Source of the DNA: Candidatus Poribacteria bacterium
Lineage (GTDB): Bacteria; Poribacteria; WGA-4E; WGA-3G
Assembly (NCBI GenBank): GCA_965215265.1
Contig: OZ244048.1
Location: 1,504,001 to 1,568,000, forward strand
Direction: 5' to 3'
Length of the DNA stretch: 64,000 bases
The first letter of the stretch is position 1, and every line of letters begins with the position of its first letter. Shown here in pieces: positions 10,665 through 19,780 of this stretch. Under the pieces are notes generated by a model. The model did no database searches, was not told the origin of the DNA, and saw only the letters and a program-made list of their open reading frames with translations. The position numbers and the translations under genes were made by a program.

Positions 10665-11429
10665 TTAGGATCTGTTTTTGGCAGTTTCTGCGCGTTCTTG
10701 ATATTCGGCTGCCCCCGCTGCGATCCACGCCCCAATGCCCGTCATGAGGAATTGAACGCCTGCGTTGACGTATTTTTCAACGGTGGCGTTAGTTGTAAGG
10801 GTACCTGCGACGCGTCCGGCGGCTTGGATACGTGCCAAGGCAGCATCGATGGTGGTTTGAACGTCCGGGTGTGTATAGTTGCCGATGTATCCCATAGAGG
10901 TGGCTAAATCCGATGGCGCAACGAAGAATACGTCGATGTGTTCTACCGTTAGAATTTCGTCCAAGTTGTTGATAGCGGTGATGTCTTCAATTAAGACGAC
11001 GAGAAGCGTCTGTGAATTGGCCACGTCAAAATAGTTGTCTACCCCGTAGCCTTGTCTGCTGGTAAACATCCCGCGGTGTCCAATGGGTGCGAATTTGCCT
11101 CCGGAGACGACGTTTTGTGCTTCGGCTTTGGTATTGACATGCGGTACGGCGATGCCCATCGCGCCGCAGTCCAGGGTTCGGTAGATGAGCCCTTGGTCGT
11201 TCCGGTTGACGCGGACGAGGGATGTCATTGCCCAGAGATCGCAGGCACGCGTCAGATCTCCGATTTGCGCAGCATCGACCTTGCCGTGTTCGCCTTCCAG
11301 CCACACGCCGTCAAATCCGAGGGGTCCGAGAGCATCTATATCATCAGAGCTCGTCAATCCGGAGACGACGTACGCGAGTTTTCCGTCTGCCAATTTCTGC
11401 TTGATTCGATTGGGTCGCAGTGTTGCCAC
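10665..11429 (-). CDS. HpcH/HpaI aldolase family protein
   Basis: GFDGVWLEGEHG, LDCGAMGIAVPHV, LIED, IDVFFVAPSDL; likely GTG start 11429 after AGGAGA. Confidence 0.88.
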   Translation of the reverse strand: MATLRPNRIKQKLADGKLAYVVSGLTSSDDIDALGPLGFDGVWLEGEHGKVDAAQIGDLTRACDLWAMTSLVRVNRNDQGLIYRTLDCGAMGIAVPHVNTKAEAQNVVSGGKFAPIGHRGMFTSRQGYGVDNYFDVANSQTLLVVLIEDITAINNLDEILTVEHIDVFFVAPSDLATSMGYIGNYTHPDVQTTIDAALARIQAAGRVAGTLTTNATVEKYVNAGVQFLMTGIGAWIAAGAAEYQERAETAKNRS

Positions 11430-11583
11430 TATGTTTCTCCTATTAGGTCGCTGGTTTTGAAGTCTAGGGTAACATGAATCGCAAATGTTGTCCACTTAAA
11501 TCCGCTTATTCGTCTTGATCGGTTTCATCATCTTCAGGTTGCCCCTCTGTAAAAATTACTTATCGCGACCGCTTATCAGATGT

Positions 11584-12354
11584 TTATGCAGGTGTCTCTG
11601 TTGTTCTTTCGCCCTCTGATTCTTGTGCTATCCATGCTTTCAAATGTGAGCGTGAGATACTAATCGTCCATATCCCCGTCGCATCAGACTTTTTAGCGTT
11701 CCAGCCTTTCGCCCGCATCCTCTTTTTAAGTAGAGTATCCGGCTGTGTGCCTTGACTATGCCAATATTCCCATAAACCCCCAATCTCTTTGTTCCCACGC
11801 GCAACGAGGACTTCTTCACCATCTATTATCTCTGGTTTGAGTGTGGCACCTTCATACGTTACAGCACCCCCACGTACTGGCTTAGAGACGATATTGAACT
11901 TGGGAGCAGGAAGCGAGTCCCCGATTTGCAACAACTCAATTTCCACACCGAAGAACCGAAGATCTTCTCCTGTGATTCTATTCAGCCAATCAAGGGCAGC
12001 GCGATGTCCATCCCTGAATTTCTTTGCGATCCAAATGATAGTCGCTGCCTCCAGCCCTGCGGCCTCCAGCCCTGCGGCATACGTCAGGATCTGTCCAAGG
12101 TGCTTGTGGTTTGTCTTATCTAACTGATTCTCTATGAGCACGCGTGAACCGTCCACTGTATTCCGGCAGACGAGATCTGCGCGGAAATCTCCGATGTCTA
12201 TCTCTTGTGCCTCTAGTTCAAATTCCATGTTCAAGGTTCTAGCGAGGAAAGATAGGTTCTCTTCCTCTGCTAACCAAGGTGTGAAGTGACCAGGTTCTGT
12301 TTTCCAAATTCCTTGTAAGTCAACAGATTTAAGGCGGCTAATTTCTTTATGCAT
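11584..12354 (-). CDS. PD-(D/E)XK-like (ENQL motif) protein resembling the N-terminal domain of DUF4268 proteins, with divergent C-terminus
   Basis: FTPWLAEEEN, ADL...VLIENQL..T.H.HLGQILTYAAGL, ALDWLN, FFGVEIEL; 17 bp downstream of the E2-SEC-C gene. Confidence 0.65.
   Translation of the reverse strand: MHKEISRLKSVDLQGIWKTEPGHFTPWLAEEENLSFLARTLNMEFELEAQEIDIGDFRADLVCRNTVDGSRVLIENQLDKTNHKHLGQILTYAAGLEAAGLEAATIIWIAKKFRDGHRAALDWLNRITGEDLRFFGVEIELLQIGDSLPAPKFNIVSKPVRGGAVTYEGATLKPEIIDGEEVLVARGNKEIGGLWEYWHSQGTQPDTLLKKRMRAKGWNAKKSDATGIWTISISRSHLKAWIAQESEGERTTETPA
12047..12078. repeat. 15-bp in-frame tandem duplication (AAGLE-AAGLE)
   Basis: GCCTCCAGCCCTGCG repeated at 12047 and 12062. Confidence 0.85.
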
Positions 12355-12371
12355 TTAGTGCTGCTCCTTTG

Positions 12372-12998
12372 TTAAAAGCGGCGTTTTGCGGATTCCACTT
12401 GATCCAAGTGGCATTTTTTATACTTCTTGCCACTACCACAAGGACATAGGTCATTTCTGCCAGGGTTATCCTCCACAAAATTGACAATTTCAGCGCGGTA
12501 CTCTTTGATCCCTTCGGCACCATGCGAGTATTCTTCCCAAAGGTTATTTCTGCTAGCCTCAATGCCGAATTTCTCTACATAAGAAAGACGATAAAAAAAT
12601 GGAATTACAAATTCGTTAATAAAAGGTTTAATTCTAAAAACTCGGTTATCCGGGCATTTAATGCCTAGACAACAAGTGTTATCCACTGAATTGATGTGCA
12701 AATCAATGATGTCAATGTTGCATTTTTGAGCGATTTTCTGGTGCCGCCCACCAACTTCATAGACTTTTGGCCATCCATTCGCATCAGTACACCCCAAGCA
12801 AATCTCAATTTCAAAAACATCGCGAATCAAAAAGTCTGTTTCTTTGTCAACATTAACAATTATCAATTTTCCTAATTCGTTATTGTATGTGGCACAAAAA
12901 TCAAGTTCTCCGACTATTTTTTCGGAGGGTGCCTCATAGTATAGGTTTGGAAAAAGCAAATCTAACCATTCTATCTCGCTAGTATTTATCTTCATCAC
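12372..12998 (-). CDS. CBASS ancillary prokaryotic E2-like protein fused to a SEC-C zinc-binding motif
   Basis: WPKVYE...LHIN..DNTCCLG E2-like core, VIPFFY, EYSHG..GI.EY; C-terminal GRNDLCPCGSGKKYKKCH. Confidence 0.75.
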   Translation of the reverse strand: MMKINTSEIEWLDLLFPNLYYEAPSEKIVGELDFCATYNNELGKLIIVNVDKETDFLIRDVFEIEICLGCTDANGWPKVYEVGGRHQKIAQKCNIDIIDLHINSVDNTCCLGIKCPDNRVFRIKPFINEFVIPFFYRLSYVEKFGIEASRNNLWEEYSHGAEGIKEYRAEIVNFVEDNPGRNDLCPCGSGKKYKKCHLDQVESAKRRF

Positions 12999-13003
12999 AA
13001 AAA

Positions 13004-13954
13004 TTACCGTGCGTAGGGCTTCGCAGGGGTGACTATGATTGGTGCAGCCCCCTTGTTTCTGTTATTATTTTTAAGTTCTCCGAAATTGTCACCAAACAAT
13101 TCTCTCCACTTCCTAACACTAGTATTATGGTCCTTAGCTTCAAATGCTTTGTTTATCTTATCGTTATAAAGGTCAAACATGTCCCGAAAATTGCGATATT
13201 TATCTTGATCCCAATGCCGAGTGAAGTTTTCTGTCAGAAGCACCGGATTGCATATTTTCGGCACTAACACATTATCCTGCAAGAAAAAGTTAATCCGATT
13301 TGAAACCGTTTTTAAGGCCGTCGGGATGTCTGTAAAACCTTCACTATCTTCATCACTGGTAACAACAGTGTTGCCAATGAGTGTGGTTAGGAGGATTGAT
13401 TTTACTGAAAAGTTACCTTTGTGGTCTCGCAGATATTTTAACAATCGCGTAACCCGTCTTAGATGTCCATCAGTAATCTTCGTTTTCGCGTTAAACCAAT
13501 CTCTATATCCGATGCCATCAGTGACTTCAAACTTATTTTTCTTGTTATTGCAGATATAATATTCTTCCTCAAGCGTAATGCAAGAAACTAAATCTAAGTG
13601 GAAGTCTCCGGCATAATCGATATAAACGCACCGAGTTTTTCTATGTACCTTATCCTCATATTTTTTATTTTCTCGCAAACAGTCGTAAACAGCGTTTATA
13701 TAGTCCTTAGGTCCTTTGTTCTTATCTTTTTTTATATATAACAACATGTCAGCATCGTACTCTCGATTCCCAACAGGTTTGATGATTGTCTGCAAACCGT
13801 AAGAACCTTGTCGTTCCGTTTTTTCATACCCATCTAAATTCCCACGGAGGTAAGTTTCCACCGCTGCGGAACTATCATTTAACCTTTGCAATCGCGTTTC
13901 ATTGAGATTAACTTCGGTAGAGAGAAACTCTTGAAAATACTTGATATGTTTCAT
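13004..13954 (-). CDS. CD-NTase (cGAS/DncV-like, SMODS nucleotidyltransferase)
   Basis: QGSYGLQTIIKP...EYDADM, FHLDLV third Asp, RLLKYLRD, KSILLTTL, WRELFGDNF; tail PAKPYAR. Confidence 0.9.
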   Translation of the reverse strand: MKHIKYFQEFLSTEVNLNETRLQRLNDSSAAVETYLRGNLDGYEKTERQGSYGLQTIIKPVGNREYDADMLLYIKKDKNKGPKDYINAVYDCLRENKKYEDKVHRKTRCVYIDYAGDFHLDLVSCITLEEEYYICNNKKNKFEVTDGIGYRDWFNAKTKITDGHLRRVTRLLKYLRDHKGNFSVKSILLTTLIGNTVVTSDEDSEGFTDIPTALKTVSNRINFFLQDNVLVPKICNPVLLTENFTRHWDQDKYRNFRDMFDLYNDKINKAFEAKDHNTSVRKWRELFGDNFGELKNNNRNKGAAPIIVTPAKPYAR

Positions 13955-14874
13955 GGACTTTTATCTCCTATTCCAATAAATGATTTAATTTTGTCGGCAT
14001 CTTTCACAAAATCTGCATCTGCGGATGCTTTTAGGTGACCTAAATGTTTTATGTCATCCAACTCCGAATTCTCTATCAAAGGGTCTACGCGCAAGTAGTT
14101 CTCCTTTAAGAGAAGCTGAACCATATTTTTTGATGCTTGAGACTGCATCGCTAAAATGTATAAGATAATTTTTTTCCGTTCCCATCCGGTAAGAAACCCC
14201 CAATTTCGTTTTTGGGTATATATGTTTTTTGAAGATCCGGTTCCGATAGATAGCATCCGAATCTGATCGATGTTCTTCTTGAATTTTGAGATTGCTTCTG
14301 TTAAGGAAACTATTGACGGATTATTTGCCCATAATCCTCCATCAGTTAGCAGTGTATCATCGACCTTTACTGGGTCAAAGAAAGTGGGAGCAGCACATGA
14401 GGCGAGGATCGCGTCTCTCAAAAGTACATGCGGATCCCTACAGTAAGGTAAACCAAGTTGTTTCAGATACTCTGATTTAAAAACGTAAACCTCACCAGTG
14501 CTTAAATTCGTGCTCATTATCATGAGTGGTTTTGAAATCCCACCAAGCGTCACTGAGGAAAAATACTTATCAAGCACTTTATGAAGAGACTTTTCTAAAT
14601 ACTTACTACGAATCCAGGGATGACGGTACCACTTTTTTCGGAAGATACGTGGACCCTCCGCCTCAAAGAGTTGGACTATCTTTTTCATAGGAATGCCAAT
14701 GGCAGCTGCACCAGCAATAATGGAACCTGTGCTCGTACCAGCAATGAGATTGAAACAATCTTTGATCTGAGTATCAAAAGATTTCTCCATTTTAGCCAGA
14801 ATTTGGGCAGAATATATACCTCGAGTCCCTCCACCATCAAGTGAGAGAATACGAAACGTTTCTTCATTGTTCAT
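13951..14874 (-). CDS. capV: CBASS patatin-like phospholipase effector (CapV-like)
   Basis: LSLDGGGTRG, GTSTG, ASCAAPTFF, DGGLWANNP; stop overlaps CD-NTase start (ATGA). Confidence 0.85.
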   Translation of the reverse strand: MNNEETFRILSLDGGGTRGIYSAQILAKMEKSFDTQIKDCFNLIAGTSTGSIIAGAAAIGIPMKKIVQLFEAEGPRIFRKKWYRHPWIRSKYLEKSLHKVLDKYFSSVTLGGISKPLMIMSTNLSTGEVYVFKSEYLKQLGLPYCRDPHVLLRDAILASCAAPTFFDPVKVDDTLLTDGGLWANNPSIVSLTEAISKFKKNIDQIRMLSIGTGSSKNIYTQKRNWGFLTGWERKKIILYILAMQSQASKNMVQLLLKENYLRVDPLIENSELDDIKHLGHLKASADADFVKDADKIKSFIGIGDKSP

Positions 14875-15094
14875 TGAACGGTGCTCCCTAAGGTAATCTG
14901 CTAGAGATTACAATTCATATCAATAATATATTTCCAGCGAAGTTAATCAACTATTTCAGCGCGCATAGATAACCTTCTCATCAAGAACGCTTAACGCTTT
15001 CTGCTCCAAGTTATATGCCTCAGTCCGTTTCCGATAATAATAGAATTCTTTTGTACAATGATGCAGGTCGTAGCGTTGCGATTTTGCAAGAATA

Positions 15095-15123
15095 ATTATA
15101 TCACAGCAGTAAATTAATATCAA
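15095..15123 (-). promoter_or_regulatory. Sigma70-type promoter for the CBASS operon
   Basis: Minus strand TTGATA-17 bp-TATAAT with extended TG. Confidence 0.65.
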
Positions 15124-15157
15124 GGAATTTTGACAGTGGGTAATTTGCGATTGACTA

Positions 15158-16144
15158 TTACAGATTAATAAACCTCTGAATTTTTTCGGCTTCCGTCTTA
15201 AAATCGCGATCGGCGAGGTGCTTCAATTCAGCCAGCTGACTAACATCATCTAACTCCCAAAAGTGTATGATGGAGTTAATTCGGAGGTATCTCTCTTTTA
15301 GCAGACGTTGTGCCATCTCTGCGGTTGCCTGCGATTGCACGCTCAAGACGTAAGATGTGATTTTCTGCCCGCCCCATCCGGTGATGAAACCCCAATTCCG
15401 TCTGTTGCGATACATGTTTTGCGAGTGCCCGGTTCCGATCGAAAGAATCTTGATTTTTTCAATTTCTTGTCCGAGCGTTGATATCGCCTCGGTCAACGCT
15501 GCGATGGCGGGATTATTTGCCCAGAAACTTCCGTCTGCGAGTAAGGCTTTGCCCATGAGGTTCGGGTCAAAAAAGGTGGGTGCGGCACAGGATGCGAGCA
15601 CAGCTTGTCGCAACGTCACATTCCTATGAGTTCCGTCTGGGCTGTCTTGGCTGGCGTGTTGCGGTGGCGGGCTCTTCCCCTGTTTTTCCAAATAATTGGA
15701 TCTAAAAAGATAGCTTCCGCCGGTGCTTAGATCCGAGCAGGTTATCATGAGAGGTTTTGAGATTTGGTTGAGGGCTATTGCTGGCAAGTGTGCGGCGAGC
15801 GGTTTTTCAAGTTGTCTTTTTGAGTATCTGCTGAAGAGTAGGGGGTGGCGATACCATTTTTTCCGAAAGATGTGTGGACCTTCCGTCTCAAAGAGTTGTA
15901 CTATCTTTGACATGGGGATGCCGGTGGCGGCTGCGCCACCGATAATTGCGCCGGCACTGGTGCCGGCAATAAAATCGAAGAGTTCTTGAGCGGCAACATG
16001 ATATTTCTGTTCAAGGTTGGCAAGCAATTGGGCGGCATAAATGCCGCGAATGCCGCCGCCGTCGATGGATAGAATATAAAAAACTTTTTCTTCTCGGGTT
16101 GGCGTGTTATCTGGTATCGGTGAAAGTTTGCGATCTTCGCTCAT
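15158..16144 (-). CDS. Second patatin-like phospholipase, paralog of the CBASS effector
   Basis: SIDGGGIRG, GTSAG, ASCAAPTFFDP, DGS in place of DGG; shares IFRKKWYRHP and NWGF.TGW with 13951..14874. Confidence 0.85.
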   Translation of the reverse strand: MSEDRKLSPIPDNTPTREEKVFYILSIDGGGIRGIYAAQLLANLEQKYHVAAQELFDFIAGTSAGAIIGGAAATGIPMSKIVQLFETEGPHIFRKKWYRHPLLFSRYSKRQLEKPLAAHLPAIALNQISKPLMITCSDLSTGGSYLFRSNYLEKQGKSPPPQHASQDSPDGTHRNVTLRQAVLASCAAPTFFDPNLMGKALLADGSFWANNPAIAALTEAISTLGQEIEKIKILSIGTGHSQNMYRNRRNWGFITGWGGQKITSYVLSVQSQATAEMAQRLLKERYLRINSIIHFWELDDVSQLAELKHLADRDFKTEAEKIQRFINL

Positions 16145-16431
16145 AATTCTATATTATAACACAGAACCGTAAATTGTGCGAATCGTGGTGGGGGCTCGTT
16201 TCTAAGGGAGGCGATAAATTGTTCTAAGATGAATTTTGTTGATTGCGTGCACAAAGCACGCGCATAAGAGTAGAGGATATCCGCCTGATAAAGCAGGTAA
16301 AAAAACGGAAAACCCAGCCGTTTGAGCCCGTGACCTCCCTTGTCAGACGGAAGATTTTGTGCCTTTTCTGCAATGGCCGGTAGAAACGAGAGAGATAAAA
16401 CTAAATTCACATAGTTCAATAAGACGCACTC

Positions 16432-16461
16432 TTGACATAAAATGCTGATTTTTGCTAATAT
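16432..16461 (+). promoter_or_regulatory. Putative promoter of the sod operon
   Basis: TTGACA at 16432 and TGcTAATAT with 18-bp spacing. Confidence 0.4.
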
Positions 16462-16497
16462 GTATCTAAACCACTTGGAGTTGAAGGAGAATAAAAG

Positions 16498-17205
16498 ATG
16501 GATCGGAGAGATTTTATAATCAGAGGTGGGACGGCATTGACGGGCTTGTTGTTTGCGACTTCGCCGTTAGGTCTTTATGCAGCACACCACGAAAGCCATA
16601 CATTGCCGAAGCTGCCTTATGGTTACGATGCTCTAGAGCCGCACATTGACAAGCGGACGATGGAGATTCATCACGGGAAACACCATCAAGGGTATGTCAA
16701 TAAACTAAACGCAGCACTTGACGGTAACGATGACTTGATGCAGATGTCGGTTGAGGCGCTGCTTCGGAATATAGAAAAAGTGCCGAAGGCTATCCGCCAG
16801 GGTGTTATCAATAGCGGTGGAGGCCACGCGAATCATTCGCTTTTCTGGAGCATTATGAGTCCGAACGGCAGTAAGCCGATGGGAAAAGTGGCGGAGGCCA
16901 TCCAAACTACGTTTGGTTCTATTGATGCCGCAAATGAGATGTTCACCAAAGCGGCCACAACGCGCTTCGGATCTGGATGGGCGTGGCTCGTCGTTGATGA
17001 TAAGAAGCATTTGCAGATATATTCGACGGGCAATCAGGATAGTCCGTTGATGGCGGGACATACGCCGATTCTCGGGCTTGATGTTTGGGAGCATGCCTAT
17101 TACCTGAAATATCAGAATCGGCGTGCGGATTACGTGAAAGCGTGGGGGAACGTTGTCAATTGGGAAGCGGTGAATGCTAACTACCTTACGGCAATGAATG
17201 GATAG
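16498..17205 (+). CDS. sodA: Mn/Fe superoxide dismutase with Tat signal peptide
   Basis: MDRRDFI Tat motif; [40 protein letters not shown]. Confidence 0.92.
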   Translation: MDRRDFIIRGGTALTGLLFATSPLGLYAAHHESHTLPKLPYGYDALEPHIDKRTMEIHHGKHHQGYVNKLNAALDGNDDLMQMSVEALLRNIEKVPKAIRQGVINSGGGHANHSLFWSIMSPNGSKPMGKVAEAIQTTFGSIDAANEMFTKAATTRFGSGWAWLVVDDKKHLQIYSTGNQDSPLMAGHTPILGLDVWEHAYYLKYQNRRADYVKAWGNVVNWEAVNANYLTAMNG

Positions 17206-17219
17206 TATAAGGAGTTACC

Positions 17220-18356
17220 ATGGAGCGGAGAGATTTTCTAAAACAGAGCGGACTAACGTTTACAGGTCTGTTGCTGAGTCCGTGGGCGGTTTATGCGTTT
17301 CCTCGCCTTGAGGGTGAATTGCTGATTCCATTTTTAGACCCGCCGCCGGAACCGCCGTCAAAGCGCGGACTGCTTGATTGGGAACAACTCAATTCTTTTA
17401 TCACGCCGAACGATAAATTCTTCAATGTTTCGCATTACGGTAAGCCAGAGGTTGACTTGGCGACGTGGCAGTTGGAGGTGAGCGGTTTGGTTGAAAACCC
17501 GTTGATGCTTACACTTGAAGAGATTAAAGCCCGTGCGCGGCAAGAGGTAACGTTTACATTGGAATGCTCGGGGAATCACGGTTTTCCGACTTTTACCGGT
17601 GCGATTGGGAATGCGAAGTGGGCGGGTACACCGCTCGCGCCAATTCTGAAGGAGGCAGGTATTCAAAAAAACGGGATTGAGGTGATTTTCTTTGGGCATG
17701 ATGCTGGAGAAGAAGAACGGCGCGGCATGAAGATGCCCCAGAATTTCGCCCGCAGTCTGTCCGTTCAAGATGCATTAGCGGAGACGAATTTGCTCTGCTA
17801 TGAGATGAACGGTGAACCGTTGCCCCAAGCGAATGGCGCGCCTTTACGCTTGATCGCCCCCGGCTGGTACGGTATTGCTTGTGTGAAGTGGCTCAAACGG
17901 ATTGAAGTGCGAGATACGCGGTTTATGGGACGCTTCATGGGGCGAGACTATGTGACAATTCGCGAAGAAAAACGTGCCGATGGCGAATCAGTGTGGATGG
18001 AAACCTCAGTTGGACGAACGCAGTTAAAATCCGTCGTGGCAAAGGTGACGCGCACCGGTGAGCAATATCGCATCTACGGTGCGGCGTGGGGCACGCCGAT
18101 TGATAAGGTAGAGGTGAGCATTGATAGCGGGGCGTGGCAGAGAGCTACGATAGAGACAACCGAATCGGCTGAATTCGCGTGGAAAATCTGGCACCTCAAT
18201 TGGGAAAATCCATCAAAGGGTGAACATACCGTCGTCTCAAGGGCTATTGATACGCTGGGGAATATTCAACCGGCAGCGGATTCGCCGCATATCATTGGCA
18301 AACGGACTTATTGGGAAAGCAACGGACAGATTGTGCGTCGGATTCATATTGAATAG
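17220..18356 (+). CDS. Tat-exported sulfite oxidase family molybdoenzyme
   Basis: MERRDFLK; TLECSGN Mo-ligand Cys, MNGEPLP..NGAPLRLIAPGWYG...VKWL, C-terminal Ig-like dimerisation domain. Confidence 0.88.
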   Translation: MERRDFLKQSGLTFTGLLLSPWAVYAFPRLEGELLIPFLDPPPEPPSKRGLLDWEQLNSFITPNDKFFNVSHYGKPEVDLATWQLEVSGLVENPLMLTLEEIKARARQEVTFTLECSGNHGFPTFTGAIGNAKWAGTPLAPILKEAGIQKNGIEVIFFGHDAGEEERRGMKMPQNFARSLSVQDALAETNLLCYEMNGEPLPQANGAPLRLIAPGWYGIACVKWLKRIEVRDTRFMGRFMGRDYVTIREEKRADGESVWMETSVGRTQLKSVVAKVTRTGEQYRIYGAAWGTPIDKVEVSIDSGAWQRATIETTESAEFAWKIWHLNWENPSKGEHTVVSRAIDTLGNIQPAADSPHIIGKRTYWESNGQIVRRIHIE

Positions 18357-18427
18357 CAGAGGGAGCACGGTTTACTCAGCACTTTCTTCATTTAGTTCAT
18401 TTAGATTGTATAGGAGAGTCTATCTCT

Positions 18428-19219
18428 ATGTCAGGACGTGTTACGATTACTGAACAACAGAAACAGCAGTACCGGGAAGAGGGTTATTTTATTTTAGAAA
18501 ATGTTATTCCGGATTCGTTATTGGGGCTGCTGCGTGGCGAATGTGGAACTTTTATCAGCCAGATGGATGCTGAGATGGATAGGCTGAAGACGGATGTTCT
18601 CGGCATCAACCATCGTGACAAGCGATATTTTGTGTCAAACTGTTTCAGGAAGCAGCCGAAACTTCGGGAATTCTTGTTCAGCGAATTGATGGCGGAGATA
18701 TGCCGTGCGACCTTAGGCGATACGGCGTATCTATTCTGGGAGCAATACGTTGTGAAAGGGGCAGAAGCGGGGATGAAGTTTAACTGGCATCAGGACTCCG
18801 GATATGTCGGCTATCCGGACCACAAACCTTATTTAACGTGTTGGTGCGCGCTTGACGATATGTCTGAAGAGAATGGGACAGTCTACGTGATGCCGTTCTC
18901 TCAGATCGGCATCCGTTCTTGGGTGAGGCACATCCGAGAAAAGGGCAGCAACGATATGGTCGGGTATTTCGGGCGAGAAAAAGGCGTACCGGCTATCGTG
19001 CCAGCAGGGAGCATCGTTGCGTTTACGAGCATTAATTTCCACTGTAGCGGTACAAATCGCTCTAATCAGCTGCGCCGCGCTTACCTTGCGCAGTATTCGG
19101 CGGAGCCGCTGCTGTCCCACGATGGTAGCCGTTTGTGGGGCAATGCAGAGCCGTTGTTACGTGCGGGGAAGTCGGCTGTAGGAGAACCTCCTCCGGAGAT
19201 TGTGTCTCGGTTTGATTGA
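18428..19219 (+). CDS. PhyH family dioxygenase
   Basis: YREEGYFILENV, WHQD, WCALDD..EENG, FHCSGTNRS..RRAY. Confidence 0.88.
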   Translation: MSGRVTITEQQKQQYREEGYFILENVIPDSLLGLLRGECGTFISQMDAEMDRLKTDVLGINHRDKRYFVSNCFRKQPKLREFLFSELMAEICRATLGDTAYLFWEQYVVKGAEAGMKFNWHQDSGYVGYPDHKPYLTCWCALDDMSEENGTVYVMPFSQIGIRSWVRHIREKGSNDMVGYFGREKGVPAIVPAGSIVAFTSINFHCSGTNRSNQLRRAYLAQYSAEPLLSHDGSRLWGNAEPLLRAGKSAVGEPPPEIVSRFD

Positions 19220-19235
19220 GTTCTCAGCATCTTAC

Positions 19236-19284
19236 AAAAACCTGTCCTTCATTGCAAGATTGTTGGGCAGGTTTTTATTTTTTT
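19236..19284 (+). terminator. Intrinsic terminator
   Basis: AAAAACCTGTCC...GGGCAGGTTTTT stem followed by a T tract. Confidence 0.6.
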
Positions 19285-19321
19285 TAGGGGCTAGCTAAGC
19301 AGAAAGAGAAAAGCAGTAACC

Positions 19322-19606
19322 ATGACAATTCAAGAATTCCAAAAACAGATTGAAACTATCTATTACGAGCGCGATGCGGAGCGCGGGGTACCACTCACCT
19401 TTACATGGTTCGTTGAGGAAGTTGGGGAATTGGCAAAGGAAATTCGCAAAGCACCACGAGATATAGAGCGGCTTCGTGAAGAGTTTGCCGATGTGTTTGC
19501 TTGGCTTGCGACGTTAGCGAGTCTATTAGAGATAGAGTTAGCGGAGGCGGCCCAAATCTATGCCGACGGCTGCCCGAAGTGCAAAGTTACACCTTGTGCT
19601 TGTTAG
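19322..19606 (+). CDS. MazG-like nucleotide pyrophosphohydrolase
   Basis: WFVEEVGELA...EEFADVFAWL, C-terminal CPKC..PCAC. Confidence 0.85.
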   Translation: MTIQEFQKQIETIYYERDAERGVPLTFTWFVEEVGELAKEIRKAPRDIERLREEFADVFAWLATLASLLEIELAEAAQIYADGCPKCKVTPCAC

Positions 19607-19780
19607 TGAATGGTGTGGAAGGTGCCCCGATGTAGGGCATCAGGCGGGAATTGAGACGCAAAAAAAGCCTTCGTTGCCATTCTTGTCAGGGACGAGTGAA
19701 GACTAGCACCTCTGTCACCCTTGTGGCGAAGCAGGTTCGGACGTTCGCGCCTATAAAAAGATTGTAATGCCCCTTTATTC

